The notes under the pieces are model-generated. The model was not told the origin of the DNA, did not search any database, and saw only the letters and a program-made list of their open reading frames with translations. A stretch of 64,000 nt of DNA from the human T2T-CHM13v2.0 reference genome, Homo sapiens: the NCBI RefSeq assembly GCF_009914755.1, contig NC_060938.1, one strand, 5' to 3'. Every line of letters starts with the position of its first letter. Within the stretch, counting starts at the first letter, position 1. Below are positions 1 through 13,182 of this stretch, in pieces. The translations under genes were made by a program, and so were the position numbers.

Positions 1-47
1 CATGAATGGAGTCATGTTGCAATATATGTGCATTAATCATCTGCTAG

Positions 48-305
48 AGCAGCATCTTCTAGAATACATATATTTTAACCATGACCTATAGTAAATAATG
101 CATCATGACCCAGGAAACAGTATGTAATAGAAACAAACCATCATGAAACAGCATTGATTTTTACCACACGTAGTACACTCTGAATAGATCCTGTTCCTGG
201 CTGCACCACCACCAACACCTTTTTTTTTTTCAAATTCTGATCACAACTGATTAAATTGATTTCATGACCTATCAATGGGTCATGACTCACAGTTTGAAAA
301 TCTAT
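48..305. mobile_element. Old hAT-Charlie MITE (MER112-like)
   Basis: Ends ...AAATTGATTTCATGACCTATCAATGGGTCATGACTCACAGTTTGAAAA, typical of a Charlie MITE terminus. Confidence 0.5.
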
Positions 306-309
306 GCTG

Positions 310-614
310 GACTGGACACAGTGCCTCTGCCTGTAATCCCACACTTTGGGAGGCCAAGGCGAGCAGATCACTTGAGCCCAGGAGTTCGAAACCAGCCTGA
401 GCAACAGGGTGAAATCTAGTTTCTACAAAAAACAAAACAAAACAAAACAAAAAACCAGCTGGGTGTGGTGGCATGTGCCTGTAATCCCACTCACTCAAGA
501 AGCTGAGGTGGGAGGATCACTTGAGCCCAAGATGCCAAGGCTTCAGCAAGCTGAGATCATGCCACTGCACTCCAGCCTGGGTGACAGAGTGAGACCCTGT
601 CTCAAAAAAGAAAA
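310..614 (+). mobile_element. AluJ
   Basis: Dimeric Alu with J-diagnostic GGATCACTTGAGCCC in both arms; TSD GAAAATCTATGCTG at 296-309 and 615-628. Confidence 0.93.
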
Positions 615-1666
615 GAAAATCTATGCTGGAAGGTCACAGAAGATTGTTTTATAGGTCTGAGTGTACGTTTTCCTAAACCTCCTTTCTCAGAAAGTTTATG
701 CTTCTCTAGCCTCACTCTGTGTGGTTTGCTATGATTTGCATGCATTTGAACTCTCTACATCTGTATAAAGCATTCATTGCTTGTAGTTTCTCAAAGGATG
801 CTTTTAACTCAAGTGTTAGTCCATCTGTTAAGACCTATTTATTGCTTTTTAAGAGAAAAAATTAAAAGCATATTAGGAATTCTAGGCTCATAATAACCAG
901 GATTTTTTTTTTCCTTTTGTAAAACCCTTCCATCTGTCTGCCCTCTTTTGGACATAACTCAAATAGGAGCACACATCTCATCAAATCAAATGTGGGTGCT
1001 GTCAAAAAGTCTGCCAAAATATCATGCCATTTGCTTTTTTTAAAAAGAAGAATTAAAATCAGATTTAACAAAATTAGTTATTTGTTTTGTTGCTTTTCTT
1101 TCCATCCATTACAGAAACATAGACCTCAATTTACTACATGCAGGTTTATACAGTGGCCTTCTAGGGGTATTCCCAAATTACCCTAAGATAAACTAGATAG
1201 CACAGTTTTACTGGGGCAAAAATTAGCAGTAGAGAAAGAAACCATTGCAGGAGGACAGAGAGAACCAGAGGCTCTAGCTCTGAACCCCATAGGACAGAAA
1301 CCCCAGGGTGAGGGCAATTACCCCATCTGGCTTTTCTCTCTCCTGCAGAGCCTAGCCCAGAGGAGTTTGCTCGGTACCCTGGCAAGTCATTTAATCTTTG
1401 ACTAGTTCTTCTTGACCTAATCTTGTGATTTAAAATAATAGCTGTCTAACTACTCTTCCAAAGATCTTCTGAGAATAATCAGGAATTAAAGAGTCACATA
1501 TAAGAACATAAAGGAACTAACAGCTACTGCTCAGTTATCAGACAAAAAGCCCTGAAGTCTCTTGGACAGCCCTTCCTGGCAAAGATGGGTGATCCATGGT
1601 CTCAGGACTATGACTCCCCCGTAGCCAAGGGTGCTATAGCCTTAAAAACCTGCAGTGGTGGCAGGT

Positions 1667-1890
1667 GCTATGCAATGGTTAAGAGCAAAGATTCTGGTCA
1701 AGTAGACCCTGGTATTAAAATTTTGGCTCTACCATTTAGCTCTGTTTGACCTTGCACATATCACATAATCCTAATCCTCAGTTTTCTCATTAGGATGTTG
1801 GGAGATTAAATGAGAATAAATCATACAGAGCACTTGGCAAACCCTCTAGGAAAAATGAAACACACAAATGGCAGATACTATTGTTATTGT
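1667..1890 (+). mobile_element. MIR
   Basis: TGGTTAAGAGC...GGCTCTACCATTTAG...CCTCAGTTTTCTCAT...GAGATTAAATGAG core. Confidence 0.75.
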
Positions 1891-3110
1891 TACTGCTGTT
1901 ATTATGAAAGAAAATCGCTCAAGTATGTTATAGGGGTAGAGCAATAAAAATGTGAAGTCTGTAAAAAAGGAAAAAGGTGTGCTTCAGATAAATATAATGA
2001 TAAAAACCATATGCTTAGATTTGAAAAGCAATGACACAATACAAAATAAGAGACTGATGAAGCTGAAAAAGTGAAGCTGAAAATTACTTTAAAAGGAGTA
2101 TTTAGTAAGAACTGCCATCCTGAATCAATTTAATGTCTTAATGGTTGGGTCCTGTGTAATCACATAAATATCTTGTTATCTAATCATAAGAGGCTTATTA
2201 AAGCAGAAGTTTATTTTTCCATTTCTCTTCACATCATTTTTATCTTTCATGTTACTTTCTCATTCTGTGGAATCCTCTTCAAGAAAGCTAATTTTTGTTT
2301 ATGCAAAATATGCTTGTTATGGACTCTATCACATCTTTACTAATCCCTTACTATTGTTCTGTGATGCTAAATCCTTCTATGATTCTAATTAGTGTGCCCC
2401 TTCAGTAGTACTTGGGTATTCTATGTATGATATCTGAAATAGAAGTAATTAAAGGAGATAGGGTACAAGAAATCTTCAAGTGTGACGATCCTGATAGAAT
2501 AAAAATAACTGTTACAACATTTTGAGTGGGGTTTCAGCAGCATCTCTTATCCATGGAATTTACCATAACCTATTTACCTGGTCTCCCCATTTCAAAAATA
2601 ACGATCTTGTCTCCAGTTTTCAGTTCAGTTCAGTGATTCTTTTAATGACATTTGACAAGGTTCTTTCTAATGCAGAACTTCTAAAATACATCTCCTAACT
2701 ACCAAGGAAGAATATCTTTCCAGCCCAAATCAATCCAGTTGTAGGATACATGTATTTATGGAAAATGAAATATATTTAGTTGCACTTTCCAAGTGATTTA
2801 TTATTTGATAATTTTTTAATCCTCATTTCTGATTGATTGGCATTTGGCAGTTATTCCCCAGACTCTCCATTGAGTGACTAATGACCAATAAACAAAATGT
2901 GCCAAGGAAATTGTAATTTAAAGAAATGCTGCCAGTTAAGAAAACTTGTTTGTAAAGTAAGTATGATTTTATAATGTGAATAACAAGTTCCTAACTTATC
3001 TGGGTTTATATTTAGATTTCTGCAGAACACTTTTCTTAAAGCATAACCTTAAGGCTGTACCATAAATGAAAAGCAAGTCCATATTAAAGCCCTACTTTAA
3101 CTACTTAACG

Positions 3111-5704
3111 TTATTGCACTTTATTTGTGCTTCACAGATACAGTATTTTTCACAAATTGAAGGTCTGTGGCAACCTTGTGTCAAGTAAGTTCCTATTTCC
3201 AATAACACATGCTCATTTTGTGTCTCTATGTACATATTGGTAATTCTTGCAATACTTCAAATTTTTTCATTATTATTATATCTGTTATGGTGATCTGTGA
3301 TCACTGATCTTTGATATTACTATTATAACTGTTTTGAGGCACCACAAGTTGTGCCAAAATAAGATAGAAAACTTAATCAGTAAATGTTCTGTGTGTTCTG
3401 ACTGCTCCACTGACTGGTCATTCCCTTGTCTCTGTCCCTCTCCTTGGGCCTCCCTATTCCCTGAGACACAACAATATCGAAATCAGGTTAATTAATAACC
3501 CTAGAGAAAAGAAGAGTCACACAACTCTCACATGAAATCAAAAGCTAGAAATAATTAAGCTTAGTGAGGAAGGCATGTCAAAAGCTGACCTAAGCCAAAA
3601 GCTAACCCTCCTGTGTCAAAGTTAGCCAACTTGTAAATGCAGAGGAAAAGTTACTGAATAAAATTAAAAGTGCTACTCCAGTGAACACAAGAATAATATG
3701 AAAGTCAAACAAGCTTATTGCTGATATGGAAAGAGAAAGTTTTAGTGGTTTGAGTAGATCAAACCAGCTACAACATTCCCTTAACCCAAAGCCTAATCCA
3801 AAGAAAGGCCCTAACTCTCTTCAATACTATGAAGGGTGAGTGAGATGAGGAAGCTGCAGAAGAAAAGTTGGAAGCTAGCAGAGGTTGCTTCATGAGGTTT
3901 AATAAAAGGAAGCTATCTTCATAACATAAAAGTTCAAGGTAAAGGAGCAAGCCCTGATGTAGAAGCTGCTGTAAGTTATCCAGAAGATATAGCTAAGATC
4001 ATTGATGCCATCTAGGACTTTTGGAGTAGGAGAGAAGTCAATGCTTTGCTCCAAGGCTTCAAAGAGCAAGCTGCAACTTGGATGGAGCTGGAGGCCATTA
4101 CTCTAAGTGAAGTAACTCAGGAATGGAAAGCCAAATACCATATGTTCTCAGTTATAAGTGGGAGTTAAGCTATGAGGAAGCAAAGGCATGAGAATGATAT
4201 AATAGACTTTGCGGGCTTGGCAGGGAAGGTTTGGAGAGGTGAGGGACAAAAGACTACATATTGGGTACAGTGTACACTGGTTAGGTGATGGGTGCACTAA
4301 AATCTCAGAAATCACCACTAAAGCACTAATCTATGTAATCAAAAAACACCTGTACCTCAGAAACTATTGAAATAAAAAAATGTTTAAAAAAAGCAATCTG
4401 ACTCAAGAGTTAGGGGCTAATGCAGCTGGTGACTTTAAGTTGAAGCCAATGCTTATTTCCCATTCCAAAAATATTAGGATCCTAAGGAATCATGGTAAAT
4501 CTACTCTGCCTGTGCTCTATAAATTGAATAACAAAGCCTGAATGACAGCAAATCTGTTTACAGCATGATATACTACATATTTTAAGCCCACTGTTGAGAC
4601 CTACTGCTCAGAAAAAAAAAAGCCTCCTTTCCTAATGCAACTGCTCATTGACAACACACTTGGTCATCTAAGAGTTCTGATGGAGATGTATAAGTAGATT
4701 AATAACGTTTTCATGCCTGTTAACACAACAGCCGTTCTGCAGACTATGGATCAATAAGTAATTTTGACTTTCCATTCTTATTATTTAAGAAATACACTTT
4801 GTAAGGCTATAGCTGCCATAGATAGTGATTCCTCTGACGGATCTGGGCAAAGTAAATTGAAAACCTTCTGGAAAGAATTCACTATTCTTGATGCTGTTCA
4901 TAACATTCGTGATTCAAGGGAGGACGTCAAAATGTCATCATTAACAGTATTTTGAAAGAAGTTGACTCCACCCCTCATGGTTGACTTTGAGGGGTTCAAG
5001 ACTTCAGTGAAGGATGTATCTGCACAGCAAAGAAAGCAGAATAAGAAGTGGAGCCTGAAGACATGACTGAATTGCTGCAATCTCTTTATAAAACTTTCAC
5101 AAGTTAGGAGTTGCTTCTTAGGGATTAGCAAAGAAAGTAGTTTCTTGAGGTGGAATCTACTCTTGGTGAAGATGCTATGAATATTGTTGATATGACAAGA
5201 AAGGATTTAGAATGTTACATAAACTTAGTTGATAAAGCTGTAGCAGGGTTAGAGAAGATTAACTACAATTTTGAAAGTTCTACTGTGGGTAAAATGCTAT
5301 CAAACACCATCAAATGCTATGGAGAACTCTTTTGTGAAAGGAAGAGTCAATCAGTATGTCAAACTTCATTTCTGTCTTTCTTTGTTCAATTGCCACAGTC
5401 ACCACCACCTTGATCAATCAGCAGCCATCAAATTCTGAGGCAAGACACTCCACCAACAAAAAGATAATGACTCGCTGAAAGCTCAGATGCTCATTAGCAT
5501 TTTTTAACAATAAAGTATTTTTAATTAAGATATGTACATTATTTTTAGACAATGCTATTGCACATTTAACAGACTATAGTATAGTATGAACATAACTTTT
5601 ATATGCACCAGAAAGCCAACAAATTTGTATGAGTCACTTTATTGTGATAGTCCTTTTAATGTGGTGGTCAAAACCATGCCTGCAATATATCTGAGGTATT
5701 CCTG
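3111..5704 (+). mobile_element. Tigger1 (pogo/TcMar) DNA transposon, near full length, with decayed transposase
   Basis: Colinear with the recalled Tigger1 consensus. ORFs 4764-4955 ([33 protein letters not shown]) and 5150-5413 are its remnants. The 3' TIR GAGGTATTCCTG is followed by TA; the 5' TIR is eroded. Confidence 0.95.
4074..4387 (+). mobile_element. L1PB 3' end inserted into Tigger1
   Basis: L1PB-type 3'UTR (GCTATGAGGAAGCAAAGGCATGAGAATGA...AAATCACCACTAAAG) with A tail; TSD AAAGAGCAAGCTG / AAAAAGCAATCTG. Confidence 0.88.
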
Positions 5705-5730
5705 TATATGTTATTGGCAGACTCTGCAAT

Positions 5731-5842
5731 ATAGTCACTTACTGCATCAGTTTGCTTGAGAATTAGGGGCTTTCGAGAATGTTGGACTTTCAATGCTAAA
5801 ACCAGAAAGTCCCCAGCAAACTGGGAGAAGTTGTTCACCCTA
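5731..5842. mobile_element. MER81-like hAT-Blackjack MITE
   Basis: GGACTTTCAATGCTAAAACCAGAAAGTCCCCAGCAAACTGGGAGAAGTTGTTCACCCTA. Confidence 0.7.
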
Positions 5843-6152
5843 TTCTGAAGCTACCTTAGTTATGATTTCCTTCTACTCTTTTCCTGCTTAGAAAGGCAAT
5901 CTTCTCACTTTTGAGCATGTAGCTAGCAGTATAAACTATAAAGAGAAGATTATCACAAAAACTACTTTCAGGTACCATTTGTGCCCAACTTTACATTTAA
6001 ACATTATGCTATACAATGTAAGAAGCACAGAACAAGACAGGAAAAATGATTTATTGCTAACAGGCAGATTTTGTTTCTTTCTTTGAGCTTATCTTTACAG
6101 TTTAATTCTTCTGCAATTGTTACTCATTATTTATGCTTTTAAAAAATTGCCC

Positions 6153-7105
6153 TGTTACCTTATGATCCAGCAATTCCACTCCTAGGTATATATCCAAAAT
6201 AACTGAAAATAGGGACTCAAACAGATACTTGTACACCAATGTTCACTGCAGCATTATTCACAATAGTCAAAAAGTGGAAACAACTCACATGTCCCTCGAG
6301 AGATGGATAGATAAGCAAGACTTGTTATATACATACAATAGAATATTATTCAGTCATAAAAAGGAATGAAATTCTGACATATGCTACAAAATGGATGGAC
6401 CTTGATGATATTATGCTAAGTTAAATGAGCTAAATACAAAAGGATTAATATATGATTCCACTTATATGAAATATCTAGAATAGGCAAATTCATAGACAGA
6501 AAAAGTAACCTGGAGTTTACCAGGGGCTAGGGAGAGGGAGAACGGGGAGTTACTGCTTAATGGTTATGAAGTTTCTGTTTGGAGTAATGAAGAAGTTTTG
6601 GAAATAGTAGTAATGATTACACAACATTGTGAATGTAATTACAGTCATGTGCCACATAATCATGTTTTAGTCAATGAGAAACCACATATAAAATGGTATT
6701 CTCATAAGATGATAATGGAGTGGAAAAATTCCTATCACCTAGTGATGTCATAGCTGTGGTAACTTTGTATTGTGATACATTACCTTTTCTATGTTTAGAA
6801 AGGTTTAGCTATGCAAATACCATTGTGTTACAATTGCCTACAGTATCTATTCAGTACGGTAACATGCTGTACAGGTTTGTAGCCTGGAAGCAGTAGGCTA
6901 TACCACATAGCCTAGGTATGTAGTAGGCTATACCATCTAGATTTTTGTAAGTGCACCCTATGACATTTGCACAATGATAAAATAGCCTAATAATGAATTT
7001 CTTAGAATGTATCCCTGTTATTAAGTGACATATGACTAATGTGACTGAATTGCACACTTTAAAATGATAAATTTTATGTTATATATATTTTACTACAATA
7101 TAAAC
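6153..7105 (+). mobile_element. L1MB 3' end, interrupted by a Tigger3-family MITE
   Basis: GATCCAGCAATTCCACTCCTAGGTATATATCC...GGGACTCAAACAGATACTTGTACACCAATGTTC; resumes at ~7038. Confidence 0.85.
6642..7037 (+). mobile_element. Tigger3/Golem (MER7) MITE
   Basis: Termini CAGTCATGTGCCACATAA ... TTAAGTGACATATGACT, flanked by TA. Confidence 0.88.
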
Positions 7106-7772
7106 ATACCGAAAAATTACATCTAAGGAATGGAAAAAGTCAACAAGGAAAATGTAGGCAAAGTATTCAAGTTTATGGCTAATCTAGTAATAAAACCATT
7201 AAACAAGCTGGGTTTGCTAAACTCAGAATTATATCCGGTGAAATATGAAGTGGATCTCTCTCTTATGCCTTCAACATATCTCCGTTTTCTATACTTAGAT
7301 CTCTAGTCAAAGGTTAAGCATTTTCCAAATATATTCTCTATTACGAGTACCTTAGACATGTGTGGGTGAGATTAGCTGCTTAAGTACCAGAGGAGAGGTA
7401 GCTCTTCAATTGAAACTAATGAGTAATAACCTATGTACTTAATAACACCAGTCTTCAGAAACATAAGTCATCTCAGACTTGAGGTACAAAAAAATGCACT
7501 TCAGAGTTGAAATATACCAGGAAGAGGCCTCTTTCAGGCTTCATCCTACAAGGCTCCATAAACTCAGAATCTTGTTTCCAACTATCCATTCCTATAGTAA
7601 CTCTCTCCCAAATTGTACCTGCAAAAGGTTCTTTTGCATATATTAATAGATGTCCAATTTTTCTAGCACATCTGTTGAAAAGATTATATTTTCTAATTGA
7701 ATCACCTTGGTACCTTTGTCAAGAATCAGCTGACTATATCTGGCGAGGTCTAATTTTAGACCCTCTATTCTT

Positions 7773-8031
7773 TTCTTTAAAATAATTTCAACTTTCATTT
7801 TAGATTCAGGAGCACATATGCAGGTTTGTTATCTGGGTATACTGTGTGATGCTCAGGTTTGGGGTACAATTGATCCCATCACCCAAGTACTGAGCATAGT
7901 AACCAATAGTTAGTTTTTCAACTTTTGTCCCCCTTCCTCCCTCCCTCTTCTAGTAGTCCTCACTGTCTATTGTTGCCATCTTTATGTTCATGAGTACCCA
8001 TTGATTAGCTTCCACTTATGAGAACATGCAA
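7773..8031 (-). mobile_element. L1PA15/16 3' end
   Basis: TTTTAGATTCAGG..CATATGCAGGTTTGTTA...GATCCCATCACCCAAGTACTGAGCATAGT; TSD AGACCCTCTATTCTT / AGACCCTCTGTCTT. Confidence 0.85.
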
Positions 8032-8451
8032 AGACCCTCTGTCTTATTGTTTATCTATATTTCTATCATTATGCCAAAATCAAAGCACCATGTATCTGAT
8101 TTTAAGACACTATAATTTCTCCAACTTTGTTCTTTATTTTCAAAATTTGTCTATACTAGATTTTTTTTTGTTTCTTTATAAATTTTAGAATGAATTTTTC
8201 AATTTCTACCAAGGAAAGCCTGCTAAGATTTTGACATCTTAACAGTATTGAGTCATCCAATTCATGAGCATGGTATATCTCTCCAACTGTTTAGATTTTC
8301 TTTAATTTCTCACAACAATGTTTTGTAGTTTTAAGAGTACAGGACTAGTACATATTTTACTAAATGTATTCCTAAATATTACACAGTTTTTAATACTATT
8401 ACAAATGGTGTTGATTTCATTGAAATTTCTAATTGTTCATTGTAAGTACCC

Positions 8452-9100
8452 TAAATTATTATTATGCACAGTAGTTATGTTCTATAAAGTCTCCACAAAC
8501 CTGAATTAGCAAATACTAAACCATTGTTCCTAGGGAAAATAAAGATAAGGTTCCTGCAAGTCTCTGGTAATCTTTTTATCAACAGATCAGTACATAATCT
8601 TGTTTTATGCATATTTATGCTTAAAGACATGTTATTTCTTATATATTGTTGACTCATTAACATTGAACTCATAGCCAACAACACTGTAACTCATGCCTGA
8701 ACAAAGCTTATTTGACACACATATTTTCTTTGTAAGGCATATCACAACCTTCCTGCACTTAAGAATACTAGACAGCACTTCAGCAATATGATTGGGGGAC
8801 ATTTTGAACAGCAAAACCACCCAAAAAAACAAAAATTATGCAAAAAGTGGCATTAAATAGAGCACAAAAAGGGCACTTGTTTATAGTATGAGAGATGAAA
8901 TAAGAAGACAGAGCATCATCTTGTTCAACATCAGCAGGGAATATGAGCATCAGGTGACTTAAATTTTTCACTGCTCTGTGCATGTCCACAAGTGAGTGTG
9001 AGAGTGCCAGGAGTATACATTTGGGGGTTACAAATAAATTAAAATTGCCTAAAACTATAGGCAAATTCCAAAGTACAGAATCTGCTAAAATGAGGATGGT
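8452..9100 (-). mobile_element. MER82 (Tigger family) DNA transposon
   Basis: Colinear with the recalled MER82 consensus. Minus-strand ORF 8632-8832 encodes a pogo HTH remnant (GMSYSVVGYEFNVNESTIY). Confidence 0.88.
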
Positions 9101-9872
9101 ATATATAAATAGATTTCGTTTTCCAATTGTTTACACAATTCATATTGACCTTGTATGCTGTGACTTTGCTGAACTCACAAGTTTTAGTCATTTTTTGGAG
9201 AGGTCTTAGGATTTTCCACATAGATTATTTTGTAATCTGTAAACTCTTCTATACTGATTTTCTGCATACATCTCCCATCAATTATTAAGAGAGGAATGTT
9301 GAAGTCTCCAACTATAATTATGGATTTCTATTTCTCACTTCAGTTATATGAGTTTTTGTATCATGTATTTTAAATCTCTGCTATTATGCACATACATATT
9401 TGTAATTGTTATGTCCTTTTCATATATTGATCAATTTATCATTATCCCTAGTAATATTCCTTGTTCTGAAATTTATTTTATATAATATTAATATAATCAC
9501 CCCAGCTTACTTTAAAGTGGTGCATGCATATTATGTCTTTATCTATTTTTAATTTATCTGTCTTTAGCATTAAAGTTGCTTTCTTAGAAACAGCATATAG
9601 CTGGGACTTGATTTTTAATCCAATAAGACAATCTCTTCCTTTTAGTTGGATTCTTTAGATCATTTATATTTAGTGTGAATATTGATATGGTTGGCTTTAT
9701 ATATCTAGCATCTTATTATTTGTTTTCTATTTGTCCCAATTATCCTTTGTTTCTTTTTTCCATTTTCCTGCTTTCTTCTGGAGTAATTGGTTATTTTTAT
9801 AATTTCACTTTATTTTCATCATGGTCTTATTAGTTATATCTCTTTGTTTTATTTTACTATTGCTCTAGGATT

Positions 9873-10278
9873 TGTTAAGGGATAATGAGAACACCACTCA
9901 ATACCTCAAATAAAAAAATGAGAAAAGAAGGGCCATGCTGATTAGACAGACACAGTATCTCAAATTAGAGCAGATGACTGATTATATATTTATTTAAGGG
10001 AAGTGTGGAGCTCAGGGATTGGCAGACCTTAAGAGGAAAAACTAGATCAAGACTGACATCATCCATAGAAGTATGGTTACTGATATCCATACAGATGATA
10101 ACATATCATCTGTAGAGTTCATCCTAGATTGACTGACTTCGCCAGTGAGGCGCTGAAGCTGAGGTGACTTGCTGATTGATTAAACAGGTATAAAACCAGT
10201 TCTGGTAGCTACTGATTACCAGGGTTAAACTTTTTTCTAAATTTTAGAAATTGTTTAAAACTTCGCATGTTTTAAACA
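9873..10278. mobile_element. Unclassified LTR-like insertion within the L1M
   Basis: Interrupts L1 colinearity; TGTTAA...TTAAACA termini; ~400 bp. Confidence 0.45.
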
Positions 10279-12252
10279 TATCTCTCTAATTTATCACATC
10301 TACCTTCAAAAAATATTATAATACTTCATGTATATCATAAGAATCTTAACACAGTACACTTCCATTTCTCCCCTTCTGTCTTTCATACTATTATGATGTT
10401 ATTTTATTTCTGTATATATTGTTATTCACAAAACATATTGTTCTTATTTTTAAGTAGTCATCTTTTAAAGAGTATTTAAATGAGAAAAATGTCCTTTATA
10501 TTTACCTATATATTTGTCATTTTCAGTCCTTTTCATGTCTTCACATAGATTCATATTTCCATCTAGTCTAATTTTCATTCTGCTTAAAGAATTTTGTTTT
10601 ACATTCTTGCAGTGTAGTCTGCTGCTGCTGAATTGCTCTGCTTTTTTAAAAATGGGACTATCTTTTTTTTTGCCTTTATTTTTTGAAAGATATTTTTGTT
10701 GGGTATAAAATCCTAGGTTGACAGATTTTTTCCCCCTTCCATACTATAAAGATGCTATTCCATTATCTTCTGGTTGCGTGTTTTTTTAACAAGAAATATG
10801 CTATCATTTATATATTTATCCCTCTTCATGTAACTTATCTCCAGCTGCTTTAAGATTTTGTCTTTGTCACTGGACTTCAGAAGTTCCTTGGGTGGTTTTC
10901 TTCTGCTTCTTCTACTTGGGATACATTAAACCTCTTGGATATATGGACTTACAGAGTTTATCATATTTGTACTTTTTTACTGTTATTTCTGCAAATATGT
11001 ATATATCCCTCCTTCTTGTTTTCTCCTTCTGGGCTCCAACTACATGTATAGCAAATCACCTAATAGTGTTCTGCAAATCACTGATTTTCTTGTTACTGAC
11101 ATTTTTTCTTTGTATATTTCATTGTGGTAAGTTTATACTGTGATGTCTTCATAAACACTAATCTTTTATTCTGCTAAATTCTAGTTACCCATTAATCCCA
11201 CTTATTTTTCATTTCTGACACCGTATTTTTTATTTCTAGAAGTTCATTTGGAGTCTTTTTTATATCTTGCCTTTCTTTCATCATTTTTATGCTTTCCTCT
11301 CCCTTCTAAAACACATGGAGATAGGTGTTTTAATGTCCTTGTCAGATAATTCCATTATCTTTGTGGTTTCTGGATATGCTTCTATTGATTTTTCTCCTGG
11401 TTATGAGTAGTACTTTTCTTCTTCTTTAAATGTCTGGTAATTTTTGCTGAATGTAGGACATTCTGAGGTTTTTGTTGTTGGGTATAGGTATGTCATATTT
11501 CTTTAACTATTGCCAAGTTTGTTCTGGGATGAACTTAAGTTACTTGGAATCATTTTGATCATTATTTTGCTCTTAAGTTTTGTTAGTGTGGATTCTAAGC
11601 AACTTTTAATCTAGGGTTAATTTGGCCTCATGATTACGGCTATACCTCTCCAAAGATTCTACTTTAGACTCTTTATATTAGGAGGTCTTACCACTCTGGC
11701 TAGTGAGAACACCAACTATTTCCAGGCCTATACAATCTACCTACTCCTTTCCAGAGTTCTTTACATGACTTTAGGTAATTTTCTTACATACATAAGCAGA
11801 TAATTTATCATCCAAAGACGCATGGGTTCTCTTTGGAGATACCAGAAGATCCTTCTCCGTGCAGGTCTCACCTCTCTCGTATTTTGCCCTGCAAACTCTA
11901 GCCACCTTGGTCTGTCTAAACTGCCAACTCTGCTTTTTAAACTCAGCCTGTCCGTCTCTGTGTGGGTTTCCCTTCCCTGTGCTGCATTCTAGAAATTCCT
12001 TCTAGGTAATGAACTGTTAGAATTGTAGGGTCACCTCATTTGTTTTCTTCATCTCAGGGATAACTGCCCCGTACCACTTGTCTAATGCTTGAAACCTACT
12101 GTTTCATCTACTTTGTCCAGTTTTATAGCTGCTTAAGGAAGGTGAGTGAATATGGTTCTTGTTATCCCATCATGACCAGAAGTTCCCTGAGGGGTTCTTT
12201 TTAATATAAGACATTTTTTACACAGGTGTAAAGTTTAATTGAAATATATGCG

Positions 12253-12254
12253 TG

Positions 12255-12290
<36 letters not shown>

Positions 12291-12319
12291 GGCGTGTGCA
12301 CGCACACACACACACACAC
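12253..12319. repeat. Compound (TA)n(CA)n microsatellite
   Basis: Seen directly. Confidence 0.95.
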
Positions 12320-12900
12320 AAGAATATTATTCAACCTCAAAAATGAAGGAAATCCTGCCATTTGCAACAACATGAATGAACCTGGAGGACATTATGCCAA
12401 GTGAAATAAACCAGACACAGAAGGACAAATACTACATGATGCCATGTGTTATGAGAAATTGAAAACAGTCAAACTCATAGAAAAAGAGTAGAATTATGGT
12501 TACCAGGGACTTGAGTGAGGAGGAAATGGTAAAGTATTAGTCAAAGGATACAAAGTTTCAGTTAGATGAGATGATTAAGTCTTAGAGATGCACTATACAG
12601 TGTAGTGCCTACAGTTAAGAGTACTGTATTTAATATTTTAAAATTTGCTGAGAGGGTAGATCTTATATTAAGTGTTCTTATCACAAAATAATAATAATAA
12701 CAATACACAAAGAAGCCAGGAGGAAACATTTGTAGGTGGTGGATATGTTTATGGCATAGATTGTGATAATGGTCTCATAGGTGTATACTTATCTTCAAAC
12801 TCATTAAGTTTTATACGTTAGGTATGTATACCTTTTTGTCTGTCAATCATACCTACGTAATAATCCATCATACATAATACAGTAATTTTTTTAATAAAAT
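12320..12900 (+). mobile_element. L1MB2/3 3' end
   Basis: GAATATTATTCAACCTC...GGAAATCCTGCCATTTGCAACAACATG...AATTTGCTGAGAGGGTAGATCTT. Confidence 0.85.
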
Positions 12901-12984
12901 AATTTAATCATTTTTAAAGGACAGGTGTTTTGCTTTGTTTTTTTGTTTAATAATTAATTAATACTTAAATTAATGTTTAATCAC

Positions 12985-13180
12985 GCATAGTAGTTAAGTG
13001 CATGGACACTGGAATCAGGCTGTCTCAATCTTGGTCCCACCATTTACAAGCTGTATGAGACTGATTCATGTACTCATTCCCTCTTTGCCCCTGCTTCCTC
13101 ATCTGTAAAATGAAAGTGATAATAATATCAATTTTATAGGGCTGTTGTGAACATTAAATGAACTATATGTGTGTAAAGAA
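12985..13180 (+). mobile_element. MIR
   Basis: TTCCTCATCTGTAAAATGAAAGTGATAATA...GGGCTGTTGTGAACATTAAATGA. Confidence 0.8.
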
Positions 13181-13182
13181 CT

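Larger units (their letters stand above)
7628..12187 (-). mobile_element. Old L1M (L1ME-like) element retaining its 5' region, carrying three nested insertions
   Basis: T-rich antisense ORF2/ORF1 remnants (e.g. GTTGAAGTCTCCAACTATAATTATGGATTT) and L1ME 5'-end-like sequence near 11700-12187. Confidence 0.75.

Noticed and set aside
141-654. Short ORFs over the first Alu (also 32104, 33711, 34607-34934, 54816-55228, 55579-55930, 63338)
   Set aside because: These are translations of Alu sequence ([25 protein letters not shown]), not genes.
2058-2083. Small tandem duplications (also ~35194-35223, ~36226-36265, ~53170-53194)
   Set aside because: Common slippage events of 13-20 bp with no further signal.
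4764-5413. Transposase-like ORFs as a domesticated TIGD gene
   Set aside because: The frame is broken by stops, frameshifts, a catalytic-motif deletion and an L1 insertion; this is an ordinary dead Tigger1.
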